Notes: generated by a model not told the origin, from the sequence alone. 63,803 nt of DNA, filler included, from an uncultured Ignavibacteriales bacterium (GCA_964611355.1; 4 parts of 4 records of this genome joined end to end with filler, not necessarily neighbours in it); one strand, 5' to 3'; counted from the whole stretch's first letter, positions 37,642 to 48,372 are shown. Numbers and translations: made by a program.

Positions 37642-39105
37642 ATGGCATTAAAAACCGCCGAAGAATATAAAGAGTCGCTCAGGCAAATGCGTCTCAATAT
37701 CCACAAGTTTGGCGAGTTAATCGAGGACGTTACCAGCCACCCGGCCACCAAAAACACCGTTGAGGGACACGCGAGTCTCTTTCGCGCGCAGCATGACGAA
37801 AAGCTGAAGGATATTGTAACAACCACGTCGCATTTAACCGGCGAACCGATAAGCCGGTATCTTTCGGTCATTCGTTCAGCCGACGAAATGATCGCCAACT
37901 GCCGGATGAAAAGGTTTGCATTCAACCTGACCGGCACCTGCACGGGCGGCCGATGCGTCGGCTGGACGTCGCTGAATTCGATGTTTATCACTACTTATGA
38001 TTGCGACCGGGAGCTGGGCACCGACTACCACTCCCGCCTATTGGAGTGGCTCAGGGACGCCCAAGCGCGCGATATTTCGATTGCCGGAGCTTTGACCGAT
38101 CCCAAAGGCGACCGCACCAAAAAGCCGTCCCAGCAGGAGGATCCCGATATGAACCTGCATATAGTCGAAAAAAGGGATGACGGTATTGTCGTCAGGGGAG
38201 CCAAAGTGATGATCTGCGGCGTGGCGGCCGCTAACGAGATTTTTATCCTCCCTGGTTCGGCCTACGGAGAAGAAGACAAAGATTACGCCGTATCGTTTGT
38301 TATCCCGCGCGATGCTGAGAATATAACAATCGTCGAAGCCCGTCATCCCAGCGATGGCCGTGAAGGGAAGGAGGGGTTTGATATCCCCAATACCTGCGGC
38401 GGAATCACTCAGGCCTATCTTTTCTTTGAGGATGTCTTTATTCCGAAGGAGCGGGTTTTCATGTGCGGCGAATACCAGTTCACTCGGTCGGCGGTTTTCA
38501 ATTTTATTGCGGCTTATCGGTCGGGAATCGGCGGCTGTGTAGCCGGGCAGGGTGATATAAAGGTTGGTGCCGCGGTTTTGACCGCCCGGGCCAACGGCTT
38601 GTCGGCCAGGGTGTTCCGCGACAAGCTTATCCGCATGTATATCAACAACGAAACTACTTTTGGAATGGGTATCGCCGCCTCGGCAATGGGCAAAAAGCAC
38701 GCTTCCGGGGCGTGGCAACCGGATATGCTTCTGGCCAACGTCAATAAAGTTCACGTGGCCACGCTGCCTTATGATACCTCGCGGCTGGCGCAGGATATCG
38801 GCGGGGGAATTGCCGAAACCGGCTGCATGCCGTCTTCCGAGGATTTTACGTCCGGCAAGTATGGCCATTTAATCAAAAAGTATATGAAAGCGGCCGTCTC
38901 CGGTGAAGCGCGGGCGCGGGCGGCCCGGCTGGTAGAATGGACGACTATCGGAGCGGGAGTGCCCGGATGCATGCACGGCGGCGGATCGCCCGACGGCGCC
39001 AAGTTAATGATAAATGCCCTATCAGGCTTGGAGGAAAAGGTGGGAGCGGCCCGCCGTCTGGCCGGAATTACTGAAGATATCCCGGAGCCGCAAAGAAAGA
39101 GGTGA
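37642..39105 (+). CDS. 4-hydroxybutyryl-CoA dehydratase / HpaB family FAD-[4Fe-4S] protein, divergent
   Basis: T.EEY.ESLR, C....RCVG, GALTDPKGDR, DGIVVRGAK, FEDVFIP.ERVF and MHG.GSP. Confidence 0.88.
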   Translation: MALKTAEEYKESLRQMRLNIHKFGELIEDVTSHPATKNTVEGHASLFRAQHDEKLKDIVTTTSHLTGEPISRYLSVIRSADEMIANCRMKRFAFNLTGTCTGGRCVGWTSLNSMFITTYDCDRELGTDYHSRLLEWLRDAQARDISIAGALTDPKGDRTKKPSQQEDPDMNLHIVEKRDDGIVVRGAKVMICGVAAANEIFILPGSAYGEEDKDYAVSFVIPRDAENITIVEARHPSDGREGKEGFDIPNTCGGITQAYLFFEDVFIPKERVFMCGEYQFTRSAVFNFIAAYRSGIGGCVAGQGDIKVGAAVLTARANGLSARVFRDKLIRMYINNETTFGMGIAASAMGKKHASGAWQPDMLLANVNKVHVATLPYDTSRLAQDIGGGIAETGCMPSSEDFTSGKYGHLIKKYMKAAVSGEARARAARLVEWTTIGAGVPGCMHGGGSPDGAKLMINALSGLEEKVGAARRLAGITEDIPEPQRKR

Positions 39106-39204
39106 CCTTCAGTCTCCGTGGAATGCGATTATCGGCCGGCCGTTGCCGGCAGGGTTAAATTCGAGCGAAATATAGAAGTATGGTGAGTTATTATCAAAAA
39201 GGGG

Positions 39205-39233
39205 TTGACCGTGGCCGATATTATAAGTATAAT
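39205..39233 (+). promoter_or_regulatory. Sigma70-type promoter of the tRNA operon
   Basis: TTGACC-N17-TATAAT. Confidence 0.8.
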
Positions 39234-39254
39234 AAAAGGCTTTAAAAAAATTTG

Positions 39255-39328
39255 GGGCCCATAGCTCAGCTGGTTAGAGCAGCTGACTCATAATCAGCGG
39301 GTCCCAGGTTCGAGTCCTGGTGGGCCCA
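39255..39328 (+). tRNA. tRNA with CAT anticodon, most likely tRNA-Ile2 (lysidine); CCA not encoded
   Basis: Cloverleaf GGGCCCA/TGGGCCC acceptor, GCTGA-CTCATAA-TCAGC anticodon arm and TTCGAG T-loop. The CTCATAA loop and paired 1-72 base favour Ile2 over fMet. Confidence 0.9.
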
Positions 39329-39358
39329 GTTGATCTTTGATGAATGAAAAGTATGGCC

Positions 39359-39435
39359 GGGCAATTAGCTCAGTTGGTTAGAGCGTTCGGTTCACATCCG
39401 AGAGGTCACTGGTTCGAATCCAGTATTGCCCACCA
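39359..39435 (+). tRNA. tRNA-Val (CAC)
   Basis: GGGCAAT/ATTGCCC acceptor, TTCGG-TTCACAT-CCGAG anticodon arm, GGTTCGAATCC and encoded CCA. Confidence 0.95.
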
Positions 39436-39543
39436 TAAGTGAAGGCGGTCTGGTGCATAAGCGAAACTGCTACAACTGCCGAGGCGGACAGTATTTCAGC
39501 GAAAATATGAAACTGTACGCCGAAACGAAACACGACCAAAAAC

Positions 39544-39578
39544 GGGTGCCCGTCATGAGATTGACCGGCGCCCTTTTT
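39544..39578 (+). terminator. Intrinsic terminator downstream of the tRNA genes
   Basis: GGGTGCCCGTCA-TGAGAT-TGACCGGCGCCC followed by TTTTT. Confidence 0.7.
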
Positions 39579-39610
39579 CATGGCGCTATTCCCCGCCCAA
39601 GGAGATATAA

Positions 39611-40327
39611 ATGAATGGCGATCTGGAACTGTTGCTGAAACTGCAAAACGTTGATTACGATCTTGGCGAACTGGAAAGATCCAAGGAATATGTCCCTGAC
39701 ATGATAGAGAATCTGAGAAGGGAAATAGACGAAACCGAAAGCCAGATGGAAAATGTCAAAAAGCAGTTGTCGGACGCCCGATTGGAGGAAAAAGACGTTG
39801 AATTAAATCTCAAGGAAAAGGAAGAAAAGCTCAAGAAATTGCAGGAACGGATGATGGCCATCAAGACCAATAAGGAATACGACGCTCTTATCAGAGAAAT
39901 AGACCAGATTAAAATGGATATTGGCAACCTCGAAACCAGGGCCGTGGAACTGATGGAGATTATCGAGACGGGGGAGAAGGATATTGAAATTATCACCGAC
40001 AAGGCCGAAAGAATCCATAAAACCAATGGTCGGCAACTCTCCAGTCTGCAGGAACAGATCGATTCGGTCGAGGTCAAAATAGATGAAAAAGAGAAAGAAC
40101 GAAAAGAACTGGCATCCCAGGTTGGTAGACGAGCTATTGCGACTTATGAGCGTATCCGCAGGGGGAAGCGCGGCGCTGCCGTGGTTGCCGTAAGGAAAAG
40201 GGCCTGCGGCGCTTGTTACAAGGCATTGCCGCCGCAGAAAATTCAGGAAATAAAACTGGGTGAGCAGATTATTACCTGTGACAATTGCGGCCGAATGCTC
40301 GTCTGGACTGAGAATAGTGAGCATTAA
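39611..40327 (+). CDS. C4-type zinc ribbon domain protein (coiled coil + zf-RING_7)
   Basis: L..LQ..D, long coiled coil, NKEYDAL..EI, YERIR and CGAC...CDNCGR.L; AAGGAG RBS. Confidence 0.92.
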   Translation: MNGDLELLLKLQNVDYDLGELERSKEYVPDMIENLRREIDETESQMENVKKQLSDARLEEKDVELNLKEKEEKLKKLQERMMAIKTNKEYDALIREIDQIKMDIGNLETRAVELMEIIETGEKDIEIITDKAERIHKTNGRQLSSLQEQIDSVEVKIDEKEKERKELASQVGRRAIATYERIRRGKRGAAVVAVRKRACGACYKALPPQKIQEIKLGEQIITCDNCGRMLVWTENSEH

Positions 40328-40346
40328 GAGGAATTGACAGGGATTA

Positions 40347-41813
40347 ATGGCCAAAATTCTTGAAAATGACGGCCTGACGTTTGATGATGTCCTGCTGGTG
40401 CCGGGTTATTCCCGAGTGCTGCCGGCAGAGGTTGATATATCCACCAGGATTACAGCCGAAATAAGTCTCAATATCCCAATGATTTCGGCGGCCATGGATA
40501 CGGTTACCGAATCGAGGATGGCTATTGCTATCGCCCGCCAGGGCGGTATAGGCATTATACACAAAAACCTTTCGCCGTCCGCTCAGGCGGCTGAAGTCGA
40601 TAAAGTCAAAAGATCGGAATCGGGGATGATCGTTGACCCGATAACGCTGCCCCCTGACAGAAAAATCGGCGAGGCGTTAGAGGTTATGAAAAAATTCGCC
40701 ATCTCGGGAATTCCGATCACCGAAAACGGAAAACTGGTAGGGATATTGACCAACCGCGACCTTCGTTTCCATACCGATTTTTCGCGGCCGATAAGGGAGA
40801 TTATGACCAGGGAAAACCTGGTAACGGTTCCCGAGGGTACTGACCTTGATCAGGCTCAAGTTATATTACATGAGAAACGAATAGAAAAGCTGCCCGTGGT
40901 TGACGATGATTTCAATCTCAAGGGGATGATCACGGTCAAGGATATTGCCAAGCGGATTCAGTTTCCCTATGCCTGCAAGGATAAACGAGGGAGGCTCCGG
41001 GTCGGCGCCGCGGTCGGGGTTGCCAAAGATCTGGAAGAGCGGTGTGAGAAATTGACGTCGGCCGGCCTTGATCTTCTTTGTGTCGATTCTTCCCACGGCC
41101 ATTCCGCCGGGGTTCTGGAAACAGTCAAAAGGATAAAGAAACTTTACCCTTCGGTTCCGATCATGGCCGGGAATGTAGCCACTATTGAGGGCGTTCGGGC
41201 AATGATAGGCGCGGGTGCCGATTGCGTCAAGATAGGCGTCGGTCCGGGTTCGATTTGTACAACGCGGGTGGTGACCGGGGCCGGTGTCCCGCAACTTACA
41301 GCCATTATGAACGGCGTTGAGGAAGCTATAAAAAGGAACGTTCCGGTCGTCGCCGACGGCGGCGTAAGATATTCCGGTGATATAACCAAGGCGCTGGCGG
41401 CGGGAGCCGATGCGGTGATGATCGGCTCGCTGTTTGCCGGAACCGACGAATCGCCGGGGGAAAATGTGCTTTATGAGGGTCGGACGTATAAGGTCTATCG
41501 CGGTATGGGCTCGGTCGAAGCCATGAAACGGGGTTCCGGGGATCGCTACTTTCAGGAAGAGATTGAGGAAGCTACCAAATTCGTACCGGAGGGGGTCGAG
41601 GGTCGGGTGCCATACAAAGGCCTGTTGGCCGATTCGGTTCATCAACTGACCGGCGGGGTAAAAGCCGGAATGGGTATAGTCGGCGCCGCCGATTTGAAAC
41701 AATTGCGCGAAAAGGCGAAATTTATTATTATTACAGCAGCCGGGGTGACCGAATCGCACCCTCACGGAGTGGCGATTTCAAAGGAAGCCCCAAACTATCA
41801 GCGGCGGATATAA
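40347..41813 (+). CDS. guaB: IMP dehydrogenase
   Basis: [22 protein letters not shown] pair, [15 protein letters not shown] and YRGMGS. Confidence 0.98.
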   Translation: MAKILENDGLTFDDVLLVPGYSRVLPAEVDISTRITAEISLNIPMISAAMDTVTESRMAIAIARQGGIGIIHKNLSPSAQAAEVDKVKRSESGMIVDPITLPPDRKIGEALEVMKKFAISGIPITENGKLVGILTNRDLRFHTDFSRPIREIMTRENLVTVPEGTDLDQAQVILHEKRIEKLPVVDDDFNLKGMITVKDIAKRIQFPYACKDKRGRLRVGAAVGVAKDLEERCEKLTSAGLDLLCVDSSHGHSAGVLETVKRIKKLYPSVPIMAGNVATIEGVRAMIGAGADCVKIGVGPGSICTTRVVTGAGVPQLTAIMNGVEEAIKRNVPVVADGGVRYSGDITKALAAGADAVMIGSLFAGTDESPGENVLYEGRTYKVYRGMGSVEAMKRGSGDRYFQEEIEEATKFVPEGVEGRVPYKGLLADSVHQLTGGVKAGMGIVGAADLKQLREKAKFIIITAAGVTESHPHGVAISKEAPNYQRRI

Positions 41814-41846
41814 AGTCGAAGCTAAGTAGTTTGTTGATAAATAACC

Positions 41847-42232
41847 GTAGCAGAAGGCAGGATAAACGGTCGCGTCTTATGACTTTAGTCTGAGATGAGG
41901 AAAGTCCGGGCTCCATAGAGCCGGGGTGGCCCGTAACGCGGGCGCGGAGTAATCCGACGGAAAGTGTCACAGAAAACAACAGCCTACCTGTTCCCGAAAG
42001 GGAACAGCGGCAATGGTGAAAACGCGGTGTAAGAGACCACGGGTCGCTTCGGAGACGAAGCGGCCGGACAAACCCCACCCGGAGCAAGGCCAAATAGGGA
42101 AGGATGAGGTTGGCTCGCCTCACTCGACTTCCGGGTAGGCCGCATGAGGGTATGGGTAACCATGCTCCCAGAGAGATGATCGTTCGCCCATATGGGTCGA
42201 CAGAATCCGGCTTATTTCCTGCTTTCGGCTAC
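41847..42232 (+). ncRNA. rnpB: RNase P RNA, bacterial type A
   Basis: GAGGAAAGTCCGGGCTCC, GAAAGTGTCACAGAAA, GGTGAAA, AAACCCCACCCGGAGCAAGGCCAAATAG and ACAGAATCCGGCTTAT; P1 pairing GTAGC.GAAGGCAGGA / TCCTGCTTTC.GCTAC. Confidence 0.97.
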
Positions 42233-42250
42233 AAATCAGGAAACAGAGTT

Positions 42251-44005
42251 ATGGTCCGGGGTGACAAATTGGTAACCCAGCAATGGGTTCTCGCCATTGA
42301 TCCGTCCGACGAACTGGTTAATGAAATCGTCGGACAGGTTGATCTTCCCCGGTCGATAATCCGGATCCTGATAAACCGCAAAATTGACACCGTCGAAAAG
42401 ATCAATTCCTTTAGTAAACCGCGACTTGAGGATTTATCCGACCCATTCATACTGAAAGGCATGGCGGAGGCGATTCGGCGGATAACCGACGCTTTGCGGG
42501 AAAACGAGAAAATACTAATCTACGGCGATTATGATGTTGATGGCATAACCGCCACATCGTTGCTTTTTCTTGTGCTCAACCGGCTGGGCGCGCAGGTTGA
42601 CTTCTATTTGCCCAATCGCCTGACCGAAGGATATGGTCTTACCCGGCAGGGAGTTCTTGAGGCTGAACAACGCGGTATCAATCTTATTATTACGGTTGAT
42701 ACCGGTATTACTGCCGTCGATGAAATTGATTTCGCCAGAGCGCATGGCATCGGTTGTATTATCACCGATCATCACGAAACCGGCGATCGGATCCCGAAAG
42801 CGTTGGCGATCGTCAATCCTAAGCAGGACGGTTGTCCTTATGACAAGGCAGAACTTTCCGGGGTCGGCGTGGCCTTCAAGCTGGCTCAGGCGCTTTACAT
42901 CAAGCTCGGCCAGGATATTTCCGAACTGGAAGAACATCTCGATCTGGTAGCCTTGGGGACCTCAGCCGATATTGTGCCTCTTTTGGGAGAAAACAGGATA
43001 TTGACCCACTTTGGCTTCCGACAGATAGCGAGAACCACCAAGCCGGGGTTAAAATCTCTGGCCTTTGTCTCAGGGTTAATGGGCAAGGAGATCGGCACGG
43101 GGCAGGTGATTTTTGTCCTCGCGCCGCGAATCAACGCCATCGGACGCCTGGGAGATGCCGAGCAGGCCATAAAGCTTCTTACCACCAGGGACGAACAACT
43201 GGCGGCCAAAATCGCTCGCAAACTGGATAGTGAAAACAGGCGGCGAAAGACCATTGACGAGGTGACTCTCAAAGAAGCGATTGCCCAAATCGACGAGGTT
43301 TGTGATCTTGAAAATGACAAGGCAATCGTGCTTTCGTCTGAAGGATGGCATTTGGGAGTAATCGGCATTGTCGCTTCGCGCATCGTCGAAAAGTACCACC
43401 TTCCTACGATACTCATCTCTGTCGATAACGGCGAAGGAAAAGGTTCGGCGCGTTCCATCCCGGGATTCCATTTATGTGAGGCGTTAAGGGAATGCAGGGA
43501 TACGCTGATTCGATACGGCGGTCATAAGTACGCCGCCGGATTGACAATCAAATCGGAAAACATCGAGAAGTTCCGGAAGCGGATGATCGAAGTATCAGGT
43601 CGGACGCTTTCGGCCGAAGATCTGATTTCAAAATTATTTATCGATGCTGAAATCGAACCGGATCAAATTAACAATGGTTTCCTCGACAAGCTGGAAATGT
43701 TCAGCCCCTTCGGACCGATGAACATGCGCCCTGTTTTTCTCACTCGCAATCTGGAGGTGGTCGGCCAGCCGTATCAAGTGGGCAGAAATCATCTCAAGAT
43801 AAAGGTCCGCAAGGGAGGGACGGTTTTCGATGTTATCGGTTTTGGCTTCGGCGACCTGGTACGCCCGCTGTCGATGCGGGCCGGCACTATTGACATGACT
43901 TATGTGATCGAATACAACCACTGGAACGGCGTTACCCGCATCCAGCTCCGGGTCAAAGACATCAAATTCGACGCCGGCGCCATCGCGAGAGGAAACCCGC
44001 CGTAA
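42251..44005 (+). CDS. recJ: ssDNA-specific exonuclease RecJ
   Basis: YGDYDVDG, PNR..EGYG, TVDTG, TDHH, APRINA.GR, GSARS and GGH..AAG; the real start lies downstream of rnpB. Confidence 0.96.
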   Translation: MVRGDKLVTQQWVLAIDPSDELVNEIVGQVDLPRSIIRILINRKIDTVEKINSFSKPRLEDLSDPFILKGMAEAIRRITDALRENEKILIYGDYDVDGITATSLLFLVLNRLGAQVDFYLPNRLTEGYGLTRQGVLEAEQRGINLIITVDTGITAVDEIDFARAHGIGCIITDHHETGDRIPKALAIVNPKQDGCPYDKAELSGVGVAFKLAQALYIKLGQDISELEEHLDLVALGTSADIVPLLGENRILTHFGFRQIARTTKPGLKSLAFVSGLMGKEIGTGQVIFVLAPRINAIGRLGDAEQAIKLLTTRDEQLAAKIARKLDSENRRRKTIDEVTLKEAIAQIDEVCDLENDKAIVLSSEGWHLGVIGIVASRIVEKYHLPTILISVDNGEGKGSARSIPGFHLCEALRECRDTLIRYGGHKYAAGLTIKSENIEKFRKRMIEVSGRTLSAEDLISKLFIDAEIEPDQINNGFLDKLEMFSPFGPMNMRPVFLTRNLEVVGQPYQVGRNHLKIKVRKGGTVFDVIGFGFGDLVRPLSMRAGTIDMTYVIEYNHWNGVTRIQLRVKDIKFDAGAIARGNPP

Positions 44006-44007
44006 TC

Positions 44008-44952
44008 ATGCCGCTTTACGATCAGTTTCTCGAAGGATCGGTTGTCGCCCTTTCCAAGATTATCAGTCATATCGAAAATCAGGGCGACGGCTATCAGGAA
44101 GTTCTCTCGCGTCTCTACCGAAAAAGCGGCAATATATATCGCATCGGAATGACCGGTCCTCCGGGAGCCGGTAAGTCATCGCTGGTCAATCGCCTGGCTG
44201 CTCTTTTTGCGGAGCAGAGCCGTAAGATAGCCATAATCTGTATTGATCCCAGTTCGCCTTTCACCGGCGGGGCGGTTTTGGGCGATCGACTGCGAATGCA
44301 GGATATACCCCGGGATAAGGGTGTTTTTATCCGCTCCATGGGCAGTCGTGGATCAACCGGCGGTCTGGCGTCGGCAACCTCGAATGTAACCGTGGCTCTC
44401 GACGCTTTCGGCTTTGATACCGTCTTTATCGAAACGGTCGGTGTCGGCCAGATGGAACTCGATATTATCGACGCCTGCGATACCGTGGTAGTAACCCTGG
44501 TTCCGGAATCGGGTGATGCTATCCAGGCTCTCAAGGCGGGCCTGATGGAAATCGCCGACGTATTTGCTATTAACAAGGCGGATCGCCAGGGCGCCGACCG
44601 GATGGTTTACGACGTGCAGTCGGCGTTGGAGATAAGAACGGAAAGGTCTGAATGGCCGATTCCGATTGTGGCCACCCAGGCTGTCAATAATATGAATATC
44701 GAAGAACTGGCCGCCGGTATCGAAGGACACAGGAAATATCTCGAAACCAGCGGAAGCCTGGCCAAAAAGCGAGGGCTTCAACTTCGGAAAAAGATCGAAG
44801 GGATTATTTTGCGCTCTATACGGCGCGACCTTGATACGACTGTCCTGTCCGGATCGGTTTTGGATGATATAGTCGCCAATATTATGCAGGGCGAAGAAGA
44901 TCCTTATACAGCCGGGAGAAAGCTCTACGAACGCTTCAAAATAGGCTCTTGA
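44008..44952 (+). CDS. meaB: Acyl-CoA mutase-associated GTPase chaperone MeaB/ArgK
   Basis: GPPGAGKS, DPSSPFTGG..LGDR.RM, ETVGVGQ, GD.IQ..KAG.ME and NKAD. Confidence 0.96.
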   Translation: MPLYDQFLEGSVVALSKIISHIENQGDGYQEVLSRLYRKSGNIYRIGMTGPPGAGKSSLVNRLAALFAEQSRKIAIICIDPSSPFTGGAVLGDRLRMQDIPRDKGVFIRSMGSRGSTGGLASATSNVTVALDAFGFDTVFIETVGVGQMELDIIDACDTVVVTLVPESGDAIQALKAGLMEIADVFAINKADRQGADRMVYDVQSALEIRTERSEWPIPIVATQAVNNMNIEELAAGIEGHRKYLETSGSLAKKRGLQLRKKIEGIILRSIRRDLDTTVLSGSVLDDIVANIMQGEEDPYTAGRKLYERFKIGS

Positions 44953-45019
44953 TTTTTCGCGCCGTCACCATATATTGTTTATTTTTGAATGCTTACGGGC
45001 TCAGAAAGCGGAGTTTGCG

Positions 45020-46687
45020 ATGTTTGACAAGCCGTTTTTGGAGGAATTGAAAAAGAGACGGGAGAAATGGGAAAAAACCAAGGATAAATATCCTCAGGAT
45101 TCCCGGCCCCGCTTTATGACGGTTTCCGGCGACGACGTAGATGTCCTGTATGACCCGGAATCTGTGGACGGATCCGGGTATTTCGAAGAAATCGGATTCC
45201 CCGGCGAATTTCCCTATACGCGCGGCGTGCACTATACAATGTACCGGGGAAGAATGTGGACGATGCGGCAATTTTCAGGCATGGGGACGCCGAAACAGAC
45301 CAACCGACGGTATCATTACCTGCTTAAAGAGGGTCAAACGGGGCTTTCGGTCGCTTTTGATCTGCCGACCCTGATGGGGTATGACTCGGACCACGAACGA
45401 TCGCTTGGCGAAGTCGGCAAATGCGGCGTGGCGGTCGATTCGCTGGCGGATATGGAAATTATTTTTGATGGCATTGATCTGTCGAAAATCTCTACCTCGA
45501 TGACAATTAACGCTCCGGCCTCGATTCTTCTGGCGATGTATATCGCCGTTGCGGAAAATCATGGCGTTGCATCAGAAAAGTTGCGTGGGACGTTACAGAA
45601 TGATATTCTCAAGGAGTATATAGCGCAGAAGGAATGGATTTACCCACCGGAACCGTCAATCAGACTTATAACCGATATGATGGCCTTTTGCGCCGACCAC
45701 GTCCCGCAGTGGAATACGATCTCAATTTCCGGTTATCATATTCGCGAGGCGGGAGCGACAGCGGCGCAGGAACTGGCCTTTACGCTGGCTGATGGTTTCC
45801 AGTATGTTGAATCCGCCATCGCCGCCGGTCAGGACATTGATGTTTTCGCGACAAGGCTTTCATTTTTCTTTAATGCTCATCAGGATTTCTTTGAAGAAAT
45901 TGCCAAGTATCGCGCGGCCCGCCGTATCTGGGCCAAACGGATGCGCTATAAATACGGCGCCAAAAAGGAGCGTAACTGGCTGCTTCGTTTTCACACCCAG
46001 ACGGCCGGATGTTCCTTGACCGCCCAACAGCCGGAAAACAACCTGATGCGGACCGCCTTCGAAGGCCTTTCAGCCGTTCTGGGCGGCACTCAGTCGCTGC
46101 ATACCAACTCCATGGACGAAACTCTGGCCCTGCCGTCGGAGAAGGCCGTCCTGCTGGCGTTGCGCACGCAGCAGATTATTATGCACGAAACCGGCGTTCC
46201 CAATACGATCGATCCGCTGGCGGGTTCGTATTACGTCGAGCACTTAACCGATAAGATAGAGGCGGAAGCGGAAAAATACTTCGAGGAGATCGAGCGCCGG
46301 GGAGGAGTTCTAAAGTGCATCGAGGAAGGTTACTTCCAGCGAGAAATAGCCAAATCGGCTTATCGCTACCAGAAGGAGATCGAAAAAAAGGAACGGATCA
46401 TCGTCGGCATCAACGATTACGTGATGGACGAAGAGCTGACCATCCCGCTGTTGAAAATCGACGAGGCGGCGGCTCGCGAGCAGTTAACGTCGCTTAAGAA
46501 AGTAAAAGAAAATCGCGATAACGACAAGGTCGGGCGGACGCTTGATGAGTTGACCGAATGCGCCCGTGGTAGCGGCAATACCATGAAGGCGATACTGGAA
46601 TGCGTTCGGGTTTACGCTACCGAGGGTGAGATTGTGGACGCCATGCGGTCGGTTTTCGGTGAGTATCACGAATCGCCGATGTTTTGA
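45020..46687 (+). CDS. B12-dependent acyl-CoA mutase large subunit, isobutyryl-CoA mutase (IcmA)-type
   Basis: [17 protein letters not shown] (Phe), [24 protein letters not shown] (Gln) and SGYHIREAG; no B12-binding domain. Confidence 0.88.
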   Translation: MFDKPFLEELKKRREKWEKTKDKYPQDSRPRFMTVSGDDVDVLYDPESVDGSGYFEEIGFPGEFPYTRGVHYTMYRGRMWTMRQFSGMGTPKQTNRRYHYLLKEGQTGLSVAFDLPTLMGYDSDHERSLGEVGKCGVAVDSLADMEIIFDGIDLSKISTSMTINAPASILLAMYIAVAENHGVASEKLRGTLQNDILKEYIAQKEWIYPPEPSIRLITDMMAFCADHVPQWNTISISGYHIREAGATAAQELAFTLADGFQYVESAIAAGQDIDVFATRLSFFFNAHQDFFEEIAKYRAARRIWAKRMRYKYGAKKERNWLLRFHTQTAGCSLTAQQPENNLMRTAFEGLSAVLGGTQSLHTNSMDETLALPSEKAVLLALRTQQIIMHETGVPNTIDPLAGSYYVEHLTDKIEAEAEKYFEEIERRGGVLKCIEEGYFQREIAKSAYRYQKEIEKKERIIVGINDYVMDEELTIPLLKIDEAAAREQLTSLKKVKENRDNDKVGRTLDELTECARGSGNTMKAILECVRVYATEGEIVDAMRSVFGEYHESPMF

Positions 46688-46758
46688 ACCGAATAAGAAG
46701 GATTCAGTATAGATTCAGCAAAAAGAATAAAAACCAATCAGCAAACGGAATTGATAAT

Positions 46759-47178
46759 ATGGCAAACAAAATAAGAGTGCTTCTGGCGAAGCCAGGACTG
46801 GACGGCCATGACCGGGGCGTAAAGGTTATCGCCGCGGCGCTCCGTGACGCCGGTATGGAAGTAATCTACACCGGCCTTCGGCAGACGCCGGATCAGATCG
46901 TCACCGCCGCCATCCAAGAAGACGTCGATGCGGTCGGCGTTTCCATTCTTTCCGGAGCGCATATGACTCTATTTCCGGCCATATTGAAACTGCTGCGTGA
47001 AAAAGGCGGCGAGGATATAATCCTTTTCGGCGGGGGTATAATTCCCAACGAGGAAATAGGGGAATTGGAAAAAATGGGCGTCGCCAGGCTGTTTACTCCG
47101 GGGGCTGTGTCCACTGAAATAATCGACTGGCTGAAAAATGCGGTGGCGGCCGGAAAGAAAGATAAAAGGATTTTGTAA
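46759..47178 (+). CDS. Cobalamin-binding small subunit of acyl-CoA mutase
   Basis: [22 protein letters not shown] and GGIIP. Confidence 0.95.
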   Translation: MANKIRVLLAKPGLDGHDRGVKVIAAALRDAGMEVIYTGLRQTPDQIVTAAIQEDVDAVGVSILSGAHMTLFPAILKLLREKGGEDIILFGGGIIPNEEIGELEKMGVARLFTPGAVSTEIIDWLKNAVAAGKKDKRIL

Positions 47179-47211
47179 TACAGGAAGACTTAACCATAGG
47201 GAGGTTACCGA

Positions 47212-48372
47212 ATGAAACGGTTCAACGTAGATGAAAGCCAGCAGGCAGTTCGCGATAGAGTAGTGGAATTCGGCAAGAAGGAAATCGAGCCGGTCTTTAT
47301 AGAACTGGATCGGAGACCGGAGCCGCAGAAATTTCCTTTCGATTACTATAAAAAGCTGGCCGACGCGGGACTTATCGGTTACAGCATGCCGAAAGAGTAC
47401 GGCGGCGGCGGATGCACCACCCTTGAATATGCTACCATGATTGAGGAGCTGGCCTGGTGGGATGCGCCGACTTCGCTTTTAACCGCTGTTCCACAGTTGG
47501 CCTCCTTTCCCATTTTTACTTTTGGAAACGAAGAGCAGAAAAAAAAGTATATCCCGAAAGCGGCCACCGGTGATATAATACCCGCTTTTGCGCTGACCGA
47601 AGAAGACGCCGGGTCGGACGCCGCCAACCAGAAGACCAAAGCGATGGAAGAGGGCAATAACTACGTCATCAACGGCAAGAAACATTTTATAATGCACGGT
47701 GATGTCTGCACTTTCGCCGTTTTATTTTGTAAGATCGGTAAGCAGGAAGAGGGTAAACGGCTGAAGATTTCAGCCATCCTGGTCGATTCCGGTACGCCCG
47801 GTTTCAAGCGCGAAACGCTTAAATACAAGATGGGTATGAAAGCCGCCACCACGGGTCGCATATATCTTGAAAACGTCAAGGTCCCGAAAGCTAACCTACT
47901 TGGCGAGGAAGGGTCCGGGTTCAAGTACGCTATGACAACACTCGACGGGGCGCGCATCGGCGTGGCTGCGCAGGCTGTAGGATTGGGCCAGCGGGCGCTG
48001 GACGAGGCGGTTAAATTCGCCTGCAACCGGATCGCCTTCGGCGCTCCGATTGCCAAATTGCAGGCGATTCAATGGATGATTGCCGACATGGCCACGCAGC
48101 TGGAAGCGGCTCGGATAATGACTTACAAGGCGGCGCAATTGCAGGATCAGGGGGTACGGTTTTCAACCGAAGCGGCCCAGGCCAAGCTGTTTGCCTCCGA
48201 AACGGCCGGCTTCTGTGTTGACCGCGCCATGCAGATTCATTCCGGCTACGGGTATATCGGCGAATTTTCAATTATTGAGAAACTGTATCGCGATCAGCGC
48301 GTGATTGAAATCTATGAGGGGACCTCTGAAATTCAACGCCTGATTATCGGTAGCACTTACCTGCGCGGTTAA
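47212..48372 (+). CDS. Short-chain acyl-CoA dehydrogenase
   Basis: FALTE..AGSDA, NG.K.FI, KMG, LD.ARIG.AAQ, R.AFG, G.GY and IYEGTSEIQR. Confidence 0.95.
   Translation: MKRFNVDESQQAVRDRVVEFGKKEIEPVFIELDRRPEPQKFPFDYYKKLADAGLIGYSMPKEYGGGGCTTLEYATMIEELAWWDAPTSLLTAVPQLASFPIFTFGNEEQKKKYIPKAATGDIIPAFALTEEDAGSDAANQKTKAMEEGNNYVINGKKHFIMHGDVCTFAVLFCKIGKQEEGKRLKISAILVDSGTPGFKRETLKYKMGMKAATTGRIYLENVKVPKANLLGEEGSGFKYAMTTLDGARIGVAAQAVGLGQRALDEAVKFACNRIAFGAPIAKLQAIQWMIADMATQLEAARIMTYKAAQLQDQGVRFSTEAAQAKLFASETAGFCVDRAMQIHSGYGYIGEFSIIEKLYRDQRVIEIYEGTSEIQRLIIGSTYLRG

Noticed and set aside
39474..39530. Hammerhead ribozyme in the post-tRNA spacer
   Set aside because: The core reads CUGCCGA rather than CUGANGA and no NUH cleavage triplet pairs correctly with GAAAC; kept only as an unassigned structured RNA.
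39426..39614. 62-aa ORF with a CxxC motif after tRNA-Val
   Set aside because: Its TTG start lies inside the tRNA, it has no RBS and it runs through a terminator.
42104..42250. N-terminal extension of the recJ ORF in the ORF track
   Set aside because: It overlaps the RNase P RNA gene; RecJ similarity begins after 42251.
44953..45019. Cobalamin riboswitch ahead of the mutase genes
   Set aside because: The intergenic gaps are too short and no B12-box is present.
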